Below are positions 11,866 through 22,759 of a stretch of DNA of 64,000 nucleotides, piece after piece; the first letter of the stretch is position 1; each line of letters opens with the position of its first letter. Origin of the DNA: Tissierellia bacterium. Its GTDB lineage: Bacteria; Bacillota; Clostridia; Tissierellales; Tepidimicrobiaceae. Below the pieces are notes generated by a model, which saw only the letters and a list, made by a program, of their open reading frames with translations, did not search any database and had not been told where the DNA came from. The position numbers and the translations under genes are program-made. Where the stretch lies: positions 2,017-66,016 of the forward strand of contig JAAYHX010000005.1 in assembly GCA_012735215.1 (NCBI GenBank), read 5' to 3'.

Positions 11866-13581
11866 TTATTTATTGTTGCTATTTTGTATCTCCCAGTTCA
11901 AGTATACTTGTGGATAGCTCCAATCTACAAAGGCTGAACAGTCAAATCCCTTAATTCTCTCATTAATTATGTGCCAGTGTTCTCTTTGATATATGAATAT
12001 ATATGGTAGTTCTTCATTAATAAGAAGACCCCATTCTTCATATATTTTCTTACGCTCTTCTTGATTTCTTGTCCTTCTAGCTAATTCTAGTAATTCATCA
12101 CTTCTTTTATTGATAAATCCTCCAGCATTGTAACCAGGTGCTTCAGCTTGGCTGCTGTGGAATATACTGTAAGGATCAGGATCTATGTCTAATGCCCAAG
12201 CTTGAGCCCATATCTGAACATCTTGCTTTTCATATACCTTATACATCAAGGAATCAAAGTCCATAGATTCAATTTCAACCTTGATTCCTAACTTGCTCCA
12301 GTTGTCCTTTGCTACTGCTGCCACTTGGCCAACCCATTCTGCTTCCCTATAGGTGGATAGGATAAAATCTAATTTCATACCATCTTTTTCTCTTATGCCA
12401 TCTTCCCTTAGTTTCCACCCAGCCTCATCTAATAGCTCTCTAGCCTTATCCAAATTGAACTCATATTTATTTAGATTTTGTTCAATACCATCTGTAAATG
12501 CCCAGGAAGCTAAAGCAATTGGAGCATTACATAACACATACCCATTAAAGTAAGAATCTACAAAAGACTGACGGTCTAAACCATAGACTAAAGCTTGCCG
12601 TATCCTTTTATCAGCTAGTCTTGCATCCCTTAAGTTTAATCCAAAGAAGGCGTAGCCATTATTAAGGAAGGAGTTAAGCCTTACATATCCCATTTCTTCT
12701 ACTGCCTTTAGATTTTCCTCTGTGCTGATGATCCCATCAAGAACATCTACCCTTCCAGCCTCCAATTCTGCCATTTGATTATCTGCAGTAACAAATTTCA
12801 ATATTAAATTTTTCACCTTAGGTGTACCTAAGAAATAATCATGATTTGCTTGAAATTGAATATATTGTCCTGGTTCAAAGACTGTAAATTTATATCCTCC
12901 TGACCCTAGTGGTTCCAGCATTTTTTCTTTCAATCTTTCTATATCTCCCTTATCAAATCCATAATAATGCTTTGGCATTATGGGCATTCCGCAGTAGCCT
13001 AAATTAGCAACAAGCTCCTCTTTAAATGTAAAAGATATGGTATGATTATCTATTACCCTTATACCAGATAGGTTTGTAGCCTTTCCCTCTTTATAATCCT
13101 CGTATCCCTCTATACCTTGTACATATGAATAGTGTCTTCCATCATAATTTGGATCTGCCATGGCTAGATATGTGAATTCAACATCATTAGCAGTAAGGGG
13201 TGTGCCATCCCAGAACTTCACATCATCCCTTAAATAGAAAGTATAAGTCCTACCATCCTCTGAAACTTCCCAATGCTCTGCCACATGTGGTATATAATTC
13301 CCTTCTTCATCATTTAATATCAATGGATCAAACATAAGACCTATTATATTTTCATCATAAGCTGTACTATAATATAGGGGCATAAATTCTCCCTTAGCTT
13401 CCGATATGCCAATAATAATAGTATCTTCCGCCCCCTCTCTTGCTAAAGCTGGATTAGCTACCGTCTCTTTGCCTGTTTCAGGTGGTTTTTCACTATCTGC
13501 CGGCTCATTAGTGCTACATGCTGTCAATAATAGTATTAGCCCTAATATTAATAATAAGATAATTGATAAGCTCTTTCTCAT
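11866..13581 (-). CDS. ABC transporter substrate-binding lipoprotein, family 5 (peptide/nickel type), orphan
   Basis: Signal peptide plus lipobox (LLLTAC). SBP_bac_5-like length and sequence, and it resembles OppA at 42657. Start set to ATG 13581 (MRKSLSI...), which follows a GGGGG RBS. No permease or ATPase genes are adjacent. Confidence 0.85.
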   Translation of the reverse strand: MRKSLSIILLLILGLILLLTACSTNEPADSEKPPETGKETVANPALAREGAEDTIIIGISEAKGEFMPLYYSTAYDENIIGLMFDPLILNDEEGNYIPHVAEHWEVSEDGRTYTFYLRDDVKFWDGTPLTANDVEFTYLAMADPNYDGRHYSYVQGIEGYEDYKEGKATNLSGIRVIDNHTISFTFKEELVANLGYCGMPIMPKHYYGFDKGDIERLKEKMLEPLGSGGYKFTVFEPGQYIQFQANHDYFLGTPKVKNLILKFVTADNQMAELEAGRVDVLDGIISTEENLKAVEEMGYVRLNSFLNNGYAFFGLNLRDARLADKRIRQALVYGLDRQSFVDSYFNGYVLCNAPIALASWAFTDGIEQNLNKYEFNLDKARELLDEAGWKLREDGIREKDGMKLDFILSTYREAEWVGQVAAVAKDNWSKLGIKVEIESMDFDSLMYKVYEKQDVQIWAQAWALDIDPDPYSIFHSSQAEAPGYNAGGFINKRSDELLELARRTRNQEERKKIYEEWGLLINEELPYIFIYQREHWHIINERIKGFDCSAFVDWSYPQVYLNWEIQNSNNK

Positions 13582-13826
13582 ATGGCCCCCTTTATAATGA
13601 ATATGTTTTTGTAGTATCATTATACTGGCTATTTGCTAGTAGTTGTTCATGCAAATAGACCTATTAGGCTGTCTCCTTGGCATATTATTTGCTGTCTTAA
13701 ATATGTATACTAACCATAAGTTCTAAATATACTTAGTGTATAAATAAAAGTATAATGAAATTTTTAAATTTTCTAATAATTGTTTGAATATTCATAATTT
13801 GGGTATATATTATTTGAGGCGATAGT

Positions 13827-14018
13827 ATGAAGAAAGATAATCACACGTATATTAATAAAAACTTTAAAATGCTAGAGAGTAGTTTATATGATCTTTGCAC
13901 TGATTTTATATTATTTCTAGATCAACTATTAAATTTAGATGTAATTACAAACAAGGAATATGAGGAATTATCAAAAGAAAAAAGAAGTTTTACTAATTCA
14001 AAAGGCAAACCACTATAA
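13827..14018 (+). CDS. hypothetical small protein (63 aa)
   Basis: ORF with a weak GAGGCG RBS. No recognisable family. Its 3' end lies inside the terminator hairpin at 14002-14034, so coding status is uncertain. Confidence 0.3.
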   Translation: MKKDNHTYINKNFKMLESSLYDLCTDFILFLDQLLNLDVITNKEYEELSKEKRSFTNSKGKPL

Positions 14019-14034
14019 AATAATGGTTTGCCTT
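14002..14034. terminator. terminator hairpin downstream of glmM (also closes the small + ORF)
   Basis: Perfect 11-bp stem AAGGCAAACCA/TGGTTTGCCTT with an 11-nt loop. Confidence 0.7.
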
Positions 14035-14046
14035 AATTAATTCAAA

Positions 14047-15393
14047 TTAGTTACCCAGCCTTTTTTCAATTAAATCTGCTAATTCCTTGGCTAGCCTTTC
14101 AATTTTTTCCATATCTTTTCCTTCTATCATCACCCTGACCAAGGGTTCTGTTCCTGATGGCCTTATTACTACCCTGCCTTCTCCTTGAAGAACATTCTCT
14201 ACCTTTTCTATTTCAGCTTTTATTACTTCATCCTCCATATATGAGTTCTTCAATTCCTTTTTAACCCTGGCATTTTCTAAAACCTGAGGGAAACTAGTCA
14301 TGAGGCTATTTAACTCTGATGCCTTTTTTCCTGTTTCCTTCATCACATTGATCAATTGTAGGCTAGTTGCAAGGCCGTCACCTGTAGTGCAATGTTCTAA
14401 AAAGATTATATGACCTGATTGTTCCCCGCCTAACACATATCCATTGGCTAGCATTTCCTCAAGAACATATCTGTCACCAACAGCAGTCTTAACAATGTTG
14501 ATCCCCTTATCCTTCAAGTAGATATCTAAGCCAATATTGGTCATTATAGTTCCAACCACTGTGTTGTTTTTTAACTTTTTATTTTCATATAGATAAGTTC
14601 CACATATAGCTAGTATGTGATCCCCATCTATTATATTCCCTTTTTCATCAGCTGCAATAAGCCTATCTGCATCTCCATCAAAGGATAAGCCAATATCTGC
14701 TTTAGATTCAAGAACAAGGGATTGAACCATTGAAGGATTCGTAGACCCGCAATCTACATTTATATTTACTCCATTTGGCTTATCATTTATTACAACTACA
14801 TCTGCTCCTAATTCCTTAAGTAGCTCAGGTGCTATCTTAAATACAGCCCCATTCCCACAGTCTACAGCTATCTTAAGTCCACTAAAATCCTTATTTATGG
14901 TATTCTTTAAGTGGTCTATGTAATCTCTGTAAGCATTAGATTCTACTACTACTCGTCCTACTTCCCCTTTAACTGGTCTTAAAGGTATATCTTCCTCACT
15001 TAAAATATATCTTTCAATTTCATCTTCTATCTCATCACTTAGTTTGAATCCATCTTCATTGAAAAATTTAATTCCATTGTATTCTACTGGATTGTGGGAT
15101 GCAGAAATTACAACTCCAGCTAAGGCATTATATTTTTTGGTTAGATATGCTACTGCAGGAGTAGGTACAACTCCTAAAGATACCACATCTAAACCAATGG
15201 AGCAGATTCCAGCAGCTATAGCTGCTTCTAGCATGTCCCCAGATATTCTAGTATCCTTGCCTACAAGGATCTTTCCTTTATTACCCTTTGACAATACATA
15301 TGCACCAGCTCTACCAATCTTAAAAGCTAGTTCTGGAGTTAAATCTTTATTTGCAATCCCTCTTATTCCATCTGTACCAAATAGTTTCCCCAT
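14047..15393 (-). CDS. glmM: phosphoglucosamine mutase
   Basis: 448 aa. N-terminal GTDGIRG, phosphoserine loop SASHNP, and the four-domain alpha-D-phosphohexomutase layout. Confidence 0.95.
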   Translation of the reverse strand: MGKLFGTDGIRGIANKDLTPELAFKIGRAGAYVLSKGNKGKILVGKDTRISGDMLEAAIAAGICSIGLDVVSLGVVPTPAVAYLTKKYNALAGVVISASHNPVEYNGIKFFNEDGFKLSDEIEDEIERYILSEEDIPLRPVKGEVGRVVVESNAYRDYIDHLKNTINKDFSGLKIAVDCGNGAVFKIAPELLKELGADVVVINDKPNGVNINVDCGSTNPSMVQSLVLESKADIGLSFDGDADRLIAADEKGNIIDGDHILAICGTYLYENKKLKNNTVVGTIMTNIGLDIYLKDKGINIVKTAVGDRYVLEEMLANGYVLGGEQSGHIIFLEHCTTGDGLATSLQLINVMKETGKKASELNSLMTSFPQVLENARVKKELKNSYMEDEVIKAEIEKVENVLQGEGRVVIRPSGTEPLVRVMIEGKDMEKIERLAKELADLIEKRLGN

Positions 15394-15477
15394 ATTTTAA
15401 CCTCCCAAAACAAAAGAATATAATATAATAATAGCACAATTGCTAGTAACCTACAAATAGCAGGTAAAAAATTTTTG

Positions 15478-16821
15478 CTAGCTATTATTTGAAAACTTAT
15501 CCAATGCCATATCTTTCAGTATGTCCTTATGATTGTATTCAGGATGTTCCATAACCTGTTCCAAAAGGTATTCCAAAATTTTACCAATTATAGGTCCCCT
15601 TTCAAAGCCCAGCTCCATCAAATCCTTGCCATTTATGTTCAGATGAGTAAGATCATAGGCTTCCTTTCTTTCTATGATTTCTCTAATCTTTTTTTCCCTT
15701 TCTATTATGTGGTCAATTTGGGCTTCTTTATTTGAACACATTATATCTGCCTTCTGTAAAGCTGTTAATTTGAATATTTCACTTTCTCCCAATCTCCTAA
15801 TAAGCCTTTTTATACCCTTTTCTTTAAAATCCGCATGGTGGTTCATATGCTCCCTTACTAAAGCATATACCTGATCTATAAGTAGATTAGAGGCTTTAAA
15901 TCTTTTAAGGACCTTTTTAGCAATATCTGCTCCTACCTTGTCATGTCCATAAAAGTGCCCTACTCCTTCCTCATCTACAGACATGGTGTGTGGCTTTCCA
16001 ATATCATGAAATAGAGCTGCAAGCCTTACTTCTAATATAGGAGGAGTATTATCTAATACACATAAAATGTGATCATACACATTCATTTCATGATGGGGAT
16101 TTTTCTGATCAAATCCAATGGATGGCATGATTTCTGGCAATAGGATTTCCAGTATTCCCATCTCTTCCATAAGCCTTATCCCTCTTGAAGGTTTAGGGCA
16201 GAGTAGAATCTTATAAAACTCATCCGCTATTCTCTCCATGGCCACTTTAGTTATATGATTGCTGTTCAATTTAGCTGCTCCAAAGGTATCCTCATCTATA
16301 TTAAAATCCAACTCACTTGAAAATCTTACAGCTCTTAATATCCTAAGATAATCTTCACTAAACCGCTGGTTGGGATCCCCTACAGTTCTAATTATCTTTC
16401 TAGATATATCTTCTTGTCCATTAAAAGGGTCTATAATTCCCTTTCTATTATTATAAGCTATGGCATTTATAGTAAAATCCCTTCTGCTCAAATCATCCTC
16501 AATGGAAGAGGAAAAAGAAACCCATTCCGGCCTTCTCCCGTCAATATAAGGTCCTTCTTTTCTGTAGGTGGTTACCTCCACTTCTCCCTCTTTAAGGTTT
16601 ATTATTATGGTTCCAAACTTTTTCCCTATATCTATGGTTTTATAATCCTTAAATATGTATTCTATATCATTAGGGCTGGCATTGGTGGTTACATCATAAT
16701 CCTTTGGTTTTCTTCCTAAGAGCATATCTCTTACACATCCACCTACTATATATGCTTCGTATCCCTTTTCATCTAATCTTTTTATAACTGTTTTCACATA
16801 CTCTGGAATATCTAATCTCAT
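15478..16821 (-). CDS. cca: CCA-adding tRNA nucleotidyltransferase
   Basis: GGCVRDMLLG...DYD polymerase-beta motif plus an HD domain (HDIGKP). Confidence 0.88.
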   Translation of the reverse strand: MRLDIPEYVKTVIKRLDEKGYEAYIVGGCVRDMLLGRKPKDYDVTTNASPNDIEYIFKDYKTIDIGKKFGTIIINLKEGEVEVTTYRKEGPYIDGRRPEWVSFSSSIEDDLSRRDFTINAIAYNNRKGIIDPFNGQEDISRKIIRTVGDPNQRFSEDYLRILRAVRFSSELDFNIDEDTFGAAKLNSNHITKVAMERIADEFYKILLCPKPSRGIRLMEEMGILEILLPEIMPSIGFDQKNPHHEMNVYDHILCVLDNTPPILEVRLAALFHDIGKPHTMSVDEEGVGHFYGHDKVGADIAKKVLKRFKASNLLIDQVYALVREHMNHHADFKEKGIKRLIRRLGESEIFKLTALQKADIMCSNKEAQIDHIIEREKKIREIIERKEAYDLTHLNINGKDLMELGFERGPIIGKILEYLLEQVMEHPEYNHKDILKDMALDKFSNNS

Positions 16822-16888
16822 AATATCACTCCATTTTCTTTATTAGTTCTAGTATAGCATAGTATTAGTTTGCAAGTATCCCCTTATA

Positions 16889-16920
16889 CAAAAAAGCTTG
16901 AGGATTTTCCCTCAAGCTTT
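16889..16920 (-). terminator. intrinsic terminator after fabF
   Basis: Stem AGCTTGAGG/CCTCAAGCT with a 6-nt loop, followed by a U-tract on the minus strand. Confidence 0.8.
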
Positions 16921-16927
16921 TCTATTA

Positions 16928-18163
16928 TTATCTCCACTTTTTTAGCAGTAAAGTAGCATTATGGCCACCAAATCCTAGAGAATTGGACATGGCATATCTT
17001 ATTTCCCTTTCTACATACTCATTGGGTACATAGTTTAAATCGCATTCTTCATCTGGTATTTCATAGTTTATCGTTGGTGGTATTTTCCCTTCATTTACAG
17101 CTAAGGCTGTGGCTATAACCTCTATTCCACCAGCAGCACCAAGTAAATGGCCTGTCATTGACTTGGTTGAGCTAATGTGAAGCTTGTAGGCCTGTTCTTT
17201 AAACAAGCTCTTTATTGCTAGTGTTTCTAGTTTGTCATTATAGTAAGTGCTAGTACCATGAGCATTGATATAATCTACTTGATGGTAATCAACGTCTCCA
17301 TCCTTTAAAGCTAATTCCATTGCCCTTTTTGCTCCATCAGCTGATGGATCTGGTGCAGTCATATGGTATGCATCGGAACTTGCTCCATAGCCTACTAATT
17401 CTGCATATATCCTTGCACCTCTTTTTAATGCGTGTTCTAGCTCTTCAAGTATGATTACTCCTGCTCCCTCTCCCATTACAAAGCCATCCCTATCCTTATC
17501 AAAAGGCCTTGAAGCTTTGCTGGGTTCATGATTTCTAGTGGATAGTGCCTTCATTGAACTAAAACCTGCTAGCGCAACAGGGGTTATAGCAGCCTCACTT
17601 CCTCCTGTGATAATCAAATCACAACCACCAGTCTGGATCATTCTAAAAGCTTCTCCTATAGCGTTACTTCCGGAAGCACAAGCTGTGGTTATTACCATAC
17701 TAGGCCCCTTTAAGCCATAATAGATGGAAATTTGACCAGAAGCCATATTTGATATCATCATAGGGATAAACACCGGGCTTACTCTTCTAGGTCCATTTTC
17801 CAAAAGCTTTGAGTGTTCCAGCTCCAAGGTTTCCATACCACCTATTCCAGAACCTAAAACTACCCCAATTCGCTCCTTGTCTTCTTTTTCCAGAGTAACT
17901 TCTCCATCCTTTAAAGCTAAATGGGTTGCTACTAATGCATATTGGGTAAACCTATCCATCCTTCTCAAAACTTTTTTGTCTATATAGTTCTCTGGAGTAA
18001 AGTTCTTTATCTCAGCTGCAATCTTTGTAGGAAAATTTTCAGTATCAAATCTAGTAATATAATCAACACCTGATTTACCAGCAATCAAAGAATTCCAATA
18101 GTCTTCTTTGCCAATTCCAATGGGGGTAACAGGTCCTAAGCCTGTAATAACAACTCTCTTCAA
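16928..18163 (-). CDS. fabF: 3-oxoacyl-ACP synthase II
   Basis: Active-site Cys in TACASG, His motifs HGTST and GHLLGAAG. 411 aa. Confidence 0.95.
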   Translation of the reverse strand: MKRVVITGLGPVTPIGIGKEDYWNSLIAGKSGVDYITRFDTENFPTKIAAEIKNFTPENYIDKKVLRRMDRFTQYALVATHLALKDGEVTLEKEDKERIGVVLGSGIGGMETLELEHSKLLENGPRRVSPVFIPMMISNMASGQISIYYGLKGPSMVITTACASGSNAIGEAFRMIQTGGCDLIITGGSEAAITPVALAGFSSMKALSTRNHEPSKASRPFDKDRDGFVMGEGAGVIILEELEHALKRGARIYAELVGYGASSDAYHMTAPDPSADGAKRAMELALKDGDVDYHQVDYINAHGTSTYYNDKLETLAIKSLFKEQAYKLHISSTKSMTGHLLGAAGGIEVIATALAVNEGKIPPTINYEIPDEECDLNYVPNEYVEREIRYAMSNSLGFGGHNATLLLKKWR

Positions 18164-18190
18164 TTGTATTTCCTCCCTACTATAGAATGC

Positions 18191-18427
18191 TTATTCCATT
18201 TTCAGCTCTACATACTTTACTATATCACCTATATTTTTGAAGGTTTCCGCATCTTCATCAGGAATTTCTACTCCAAACTCATCTTCTATGGCCATCATTA
18301 TCTCAACTGCATCTAGAGAATCAGCCTCCAAATCGTTCATTATCGAAGTTTCCAAAGTAATGCCTTCAACATCATCTATCTCTAATATATTAGCAATTAT
18401 ATTTCTTACCTTTTGAAAAGTTGTCAT
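18191..18427 (-). CDS. acpP: acyl carrier protein
   Basis: 78 aa. Phosphopantetheine attachment site [10 protein letters not shown]. Confidence 0.95.
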   Translation of the reverse strand: MTTFQKVRNIIANILEIDDVEGITLETSIMNDLEADSLDAVEIMMAIEDEFGVEIPDEDAETFKNIGDIVKYVELKME

Positions 18428-18442
18428 TATAACTCCTCCTTC

Positions 18443-19186
18443 TTACATTATCATTCCGCCATCTACATTTATTGTTTGGCCTGTAATATAATCAGATTTA
18501 TCACTAGCTAAAAATACAACTATATTAGCAATATCCTTAGGACTTCCTAGTCTGCCCATGGGAACACTTTTAATCAATGACTCTCTAATTTCTTCCTTTA
18601 ATGCCTGGGCCATATCCGTCTCAATAAGGCCTGGTGCTATAGCATTTACATTGATGTTTCTTGATGCTAATTCCTTGGCTACAGCTTTTGTAAAGCCAAT
18701 AATACCAGCCTTAGAGGCGCTGTAATTTGATTGACCAATATTTCCGGCCACTCCAGCTACTGATGTTATGTTTATTATCTTTCCGTACCTTTTCTTTAGC
18801 ATATCTTTAGCAACTAGTCTGGTGCAAAGGTATGTGCCCTTTAAATTAGTGTCAATTACCTGATCCCATTCTTGGGTCTTCATTCTTATGAGCAGGGCGT
18901 CCATATTTATACCTGCATTGTTTACCAATATATCTATAGGCCCTAGTTGTTTTTTTACAGTATCTACTAGCCTTTCAACTTCCTCTTCCCTTGATACGTC
19001 TGCTTTAACGCACATGGCCTTAACAGAATATTCCTGTATGCTTTCTATAACTTCAATTGCTTTTTCCTCATTGCTTACGTAGCTAATAGCTATACTGGCT
19101 CCGTGTTTTGCAAGCTCTATGGCTATCTCTCTGCCAATTCCCCTAGATCCTCCTGTAACTAAAGCTATCTTTCCTGATAAGTCCAT
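18443..19186 (-). CDS. fabG: 3-oxoacyl-ACP reductase
   Basis: SDR motifs TGGSRGIG and YSASKAG. Located within the fab cluster. Confidence 0.93.
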   Translation of the reverse strand: MDLSGKIALVTGGSRGIGREIAIELAKHGASIAISYVSNEEKAIEVIESIQEYSVKAMCVKADVSREEEVERLVDTVKKQLGPIDILVNNAGINMDALLIRMKTQEWDQVIDTNLKGTYLCTRLVAKDMLKKRYGKIINITSVAGVAGNIGQSNYSASKAGIIGFTKAVAKELASRNINVNAIAPGLIETDMAQALKEEIRESLIKSVPMGRLGSPKDIANIVVFLASDKSDYITGQTINVDGGMIM

Positions 19187-19187
19187 A

Positions 19188-20147
19188 TTATATCTTTCCT
19201 CCTTCTTTAAGAGAATTAACAGTACTGTGAAGGGTTTCTATGCTATTAACATATAAAGTGTCAACTTTTCTATTAATTAGTTTACTTATCCTCTTTACAA
19301 ATCCGGATAGGCTCTTGCCAGGGCCTACTTCTATAAAAGTGTCAACCCCTCTATTTATGAGGAACTCTATGCTCTCCTGCCATAGAACTGATCTGCTAAC
19401 CTGCTTAACTAGCTTTTCCTTTACTTCTTCCTTTTTGACTACTGGTTTGGCATCCACATTGGAAATTAACTCTTTTTCTAAATCGAACAAAGTCGTAGTC
19501 TCCAGTTCTTTCTTTAGTTTTACTTCAGCTTCTTTCAACAAGCTAGAGTGAAAGGGGGCACTTACTGGAAGTAATACTGCCTTTTTAGCTCCCATATCCA
19601 AAACCTTATCACAAACCAGCTGTACTCCTTCCCTTTCCCCTGTAATCACTATCTGTTCAGGGGAATTAAAGTTTGCAATTTCCACCAAGTATTTGCCCTT
19701 AACTTCCTCTATGGCTTCTAATATTTTATCCTTATCTAATCCCAGTATAGCTGCCATACCTCCAAGGCCTTCTGGTACCGTTTCCTGCATCAACTTGCCC
19801 CTAATCTTAACCAGCCTCACAGCATCGCTAAATTTGACTCCGCTAGACTTAACCAAGGCCGTATATTCACCTAAACTTAAGCCTGCTGTATAATCACAGT
19901 CTATACCTTCCTTTTCCAAGGCCTTCATCATGGCAATGCTGGTTGTAAGTATGGCTGGTTGAGTATTTTCCGTTCTTATTAGATCCTCATGAGGTCCTTC
20001 AAAACATAGCTTTCTTATATCCATGTTTAGATATTCATTAGCTTCTTCAAAGACCAATCTGGATTCCTGAAAGTTCTCATAAAAGTCCTTTCCCATACCA
20101 GGGTGCTGGGCACCCTGGCCTGGAAAGATAAAAGCTACTTTACCCAT
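19188..20147 (-). CDS. fabD: malonyl-CoA:ACP transacylase
   Basis: Nucleophile elbow GLSLGEY, FPGQG N-terminus, 319 aa. Confidence 0.93.
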   Translation of the reverse strand: MGKVAFIFPGQGAQHPGMGKDFYENFQESRLVFEEANEYLNMDIRKLCFEGPHEDLIRTENTQPAILTTSIAMMKALEKEGIDCDYTAGLSLGEYTALVKSSGVKFSDAVRLVKIRGKLMQETVPEGLGGMAAILGLDKDKILEAIEEVKGKYLVEIANFNSPEQIVITGEREGVQLVCDKVLDMGAKKAVLLPVSAPFHSSLLKEAEVKLKKELETTTLFDLEKELISNVDAKPVVKKEEVKEKLVKQVSRSVLWQESIEFLINRGVDTFIEVGPGKSLSGFVKRISKLINRKVDTLYVNSIETLHSTVNSLKEGGKI

Positions 20148-21099
20148 CCAGCTTCCCTCCCTTCAAGGAGGTTAACCTGTCCAATTGAGCTAGGGCATCT
20201 TGGATTATATCCTGAATAATTTGACTACATGGCTTAATATCATTAATAAGCCCTGATATTTGCCCAGCCATTACTGAACCCTTATCCACATCTCCTTCTA
20301 CTACAGCAAGTCTGAGTCTACCTGCTCCTAGTTCTTCAAGTTGCCTAATATCCGCTCCACTACTTTCCAATTCCATGTATTCTTTAGCAAACTTGTTTCT
20401 TATCACCCTTACAGGATGTCCCGTACTTCTTCCTGTGACTATAGCGCTTCTATCCTTGGATTTTATAATCGTCTCTTTATAATTGTCATGAACTGTACAT
20501 TCCGTTGAACATACAAATCTAGTCCCCATCTGTACCCCTTCAGCACCTAAGGACAAAGCAGCTAAAAAACCTCTACCGTCTCCGATACCTCCCGCAGCAA
20601 TTACTGGAACATTTACAGCCTCCACAACCTGTGGAATCAAAGCCATGGTAGTTAACTCTCCAATATGACCTCCTGCTTCAGTTCCTTCTACTATTAAGGC
20701 ATCGGCACCTTCCCTTTCTAATCGCTTTGCTAAGGACACTGTAGGTACTACAGGTATTACTTTAATGTCAGCTTTTTTTAATCTTTCAATATACTTTCCT
20801 GGGTTTCCTGCACCTGTAGTCACAACAGGAACCCTCTCTTTACTGATAATCCCTACAATATCCTCAGCAAATGGTGACATAAGCATTATATTTACAGCAA
20901 AAGGCTTATTGCTTATTGCCTTAAGCTTCCTGATCTCTTCTCTAACCCATGCCGGTGGTGCATTTCCTGCAGCAATAATTCCAAGTCCTCCGGCTTCAGA
21001 AACTGCTGCTGCTAGCTTATGGTCAGCTACCCATGCCATGCCACCCTGTAAGATTGGGTATTTAATGTTAAGCAGCCTGCTAATTCTTGTATCGAACAT
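20140..21099 (-). CDS. fabK: enoyl-ACP reductase II (FMN, nitronate-monooxygenase fold)
   Basis: NMO-type TIM barrel lying between fabH and fabD. Start set to ATG 21099 (MFDTRIS...), which follows an AGGAGGTG RBS. Confidence 0.85.
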   Translation of the reverse strand: MFDTRISRLLNIKYPILQGGMAWVADHKLAAAVSEAGGLGIIAAGNAPPAWVREEIRKLKAISNKPFAVNIMLMSPFAEDIVGIISKERVPVVTTGAGNPGKYIERLKKADIKVIPVVPTVSLAKRLEREGADALIVEGTEAGGHIGELTTMALIPQVVEAVNVPVIAAGGIGDGRGFLAALSLGAEGVQMGTRFVCSTECTVHDNYKETIIKSKDRSAIVTGRSTGHPVRVIRNKFAKEYMELESSGADIRQLEELGAGRLRLAVVEGDVDKGSVMAGQISGLINDIKPCSQIIQDIIQDALAQLDRLTSLKGGKLDG

Positions 21100-21110
21100 G
21101 CTCACACCTC

Positions 21111-22106
21111 CTATTTGTTCCACTTTAATAAGGTAGAACCCCATGTTAAACCGGATCCAAAGGCTACCAATAAAATCATATCCCCTGTTTTCAGCAAGCT
21201 ATTCCTATATGCCTCGTCTAAGGCTACTGGTATGGACCCGCTGGACATGTTGCCATATCTGTCTAAGTTCACATAGACCTTATCAGGGGTTATCCCTATT
21301 TTCCTACTTGCTGAATCAATAATTCTTATATTGGCTTGATGAGGAACTAGGTAATCAAGTTCATCTAAAGTAATATTTGCCTTATTAAGGACATTTAGTG
21401 ATGTCTTCTCCATTATTCTCACAGCAAACTTAAAAACTTCTCTTCCATCCATTTTTATAGTGTGAAGATTGTTTGATACAGTTTCATAGCTTGCAGGTAG
21501 TCTTGAACCTCCCGCTGGCATAGTAAGCAGATTTCCATCAGTACCATCTGCTCCTAAATCAAAAGAAAGAAAACCATAACCCTCTTCACACCTCTCAAGA
21601 ATACATGCCCCTGCTCCATCTCCAAACAATATGCAAGTATTCCTGTCCTCCCAGTTGACAATTTTAGACAAGGTTTCTGCTCCAATTATGAGTACCTTCT
21701 TATAGGCTCCTGATCTTATAAAGCTTGCTCCTATCGATAATCCGTATATAAAGCCCGCACATCCTACGGATATATCAAAAGCTGCTGCATTTGCTGCCCC
21801 AATACTCTTCTGAACAATGCATGCAGTTGAGGGGAATGCCATATCTGGAGTTACTGTTGCCACCAATATTAAATCTATTTCTTCTGGTGAAATGCCTCCA
21901 TCTTGTAAGGCCCTTTTTGCAGCTATGGTAGCTATATCAGATGTAGAAGTGTCCTTGTCAACAACCCTTCTCTCTCTGATACCAGTTCTCTCTACAATCC
22001 ATTCATCTGAAGTATCTACTAGTTTAGATATGTCATCATTAGTTATTATCTTTGGTGGTATATAACTGCCTATGCCAGCTATTCCTACATAATCTACACT
22101 ATTCAA
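21111..22106 (-). CDS. fabH: 3-oxoacyl-ACP synthase III
   Basis: Catalytic Cys in GCAGF, HQAN, GNMSSGS. Confidence 0.93.
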   Translation of the reverse strand: MNSVDYVGIAGIGSYIPPKIITNDDISKLVDTSDEWIVERTGIRERRVVDKDTSTSDIATIAAKRALQDGGISPEEIDLILVATVTPDMAFPSTACIVQKSIGAANAAAFDISVGCAGFIYGLSIGASFIRSGAYKKVLIIGAETLSKIVNWEDRNTCILFGDGAGACILERCEEGYGFLSFDLGADGTDGNLLTMPAGGSRLPASYETVSNNLHTIKMDGREVFKFAVRIMEKTSLNVLNKANITLDELDYLVPHQANIRIIDSASRKIGITPDKVYVNLDRYGNMSSGSIPVALDEAYRNSLLKTGDMILLVAFGSGLTWGSTLLKWNK

Positions 22107-22292
22107 TTTTTCACCTCCATTGTGCTATATTTAGTAATCTCTCCTATCACCTCCATAAAAAGTATTTGTAAATAATTTAAAGTTTTTGTATTATTTATTA
22201 AAAGGCATAACACAAAAACTAAGATTAGTATATATGATTTTATTTTGCAGGTCAACTACCTGACAGAAAATGGTAAATTAGGAGTGTGTTAG

Positions 22293-22721
22293 ATGACAAC
22301 ATTTACAATTGAGAATATATTGAAAATACTTCCTCATAGATATCCTTTCCTATTGGTTGATAGGGTGGAAGTCCTAGAGTCAGGGAAAAAAGGTGTAGGG
22401 TATAAGGCTGTGACAATAAATGAACCTTATTTCCAAGGCCATTTTCCAGACCTACCAATAATGCCTGGTGTATTGATAGCTGAAGCCATGGCCCAGGTAG
22501 GGGCTGTAATACTGCTATCAGAAGAAAAATACAAGGGCAAAACCCCTTATTTTGCTGGAATAAATAAGCTTCGTTTCAAGAGGAAAGTAGTGCCGGGAGA
22601 AGTTTTGAGAATGGAAATAGAAATAATTAAGGTAAGAGGTTCAATTGGCATTGGGAAAGGTTCTTCCTATGTGGAAGACAAAATGGCAGCAGAGGGTGAA
22701 TTTTTATTCGCTATAGAATAA
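22293..22721 (+). CDS. fabZ: 3-hydroxyacyl-ACP dehydratase
   Basis: [12 protein letters not shown] and [12 protein letters not shown] hot-dog motifs. 142 aa. Confidence 0.95.
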   Translation: MTTFTIENILKILPHRYPFLLVDRVEVLESGKKGVGYKAVTINEPYFQGHFPDLPIMPGVLIAEAMAQVGAVILLSEEKYKGKTPYFAGINKLRFKRKVVPGEVLRMEIEIIKVRGSIGIGKGSSYVEDKMAAEGEFLFAIE

Positions 22722-22726
22722 AATTA

Positions 22727-22759
22727 GGGGAGGCTGTTAATTCACAGCTTCCCCTTTTT
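22727..22759 (+). terminator. intrinsic terminator after fabZ
   Basis: Stem GGGGAGGCTGT/ACAGCTTCCCC (one mismatch), followed by TTTTT. Confidence 0.75.

Noticed and set aside
22245-22265. Short inverted repeat CAGGT-N5-ACCTG in front of fabZ, considered as a FapR/FabT-type operator.
   Set aside because: The arms are only 5 bp and do not resemble the FapR or FabT consensus sites I know.
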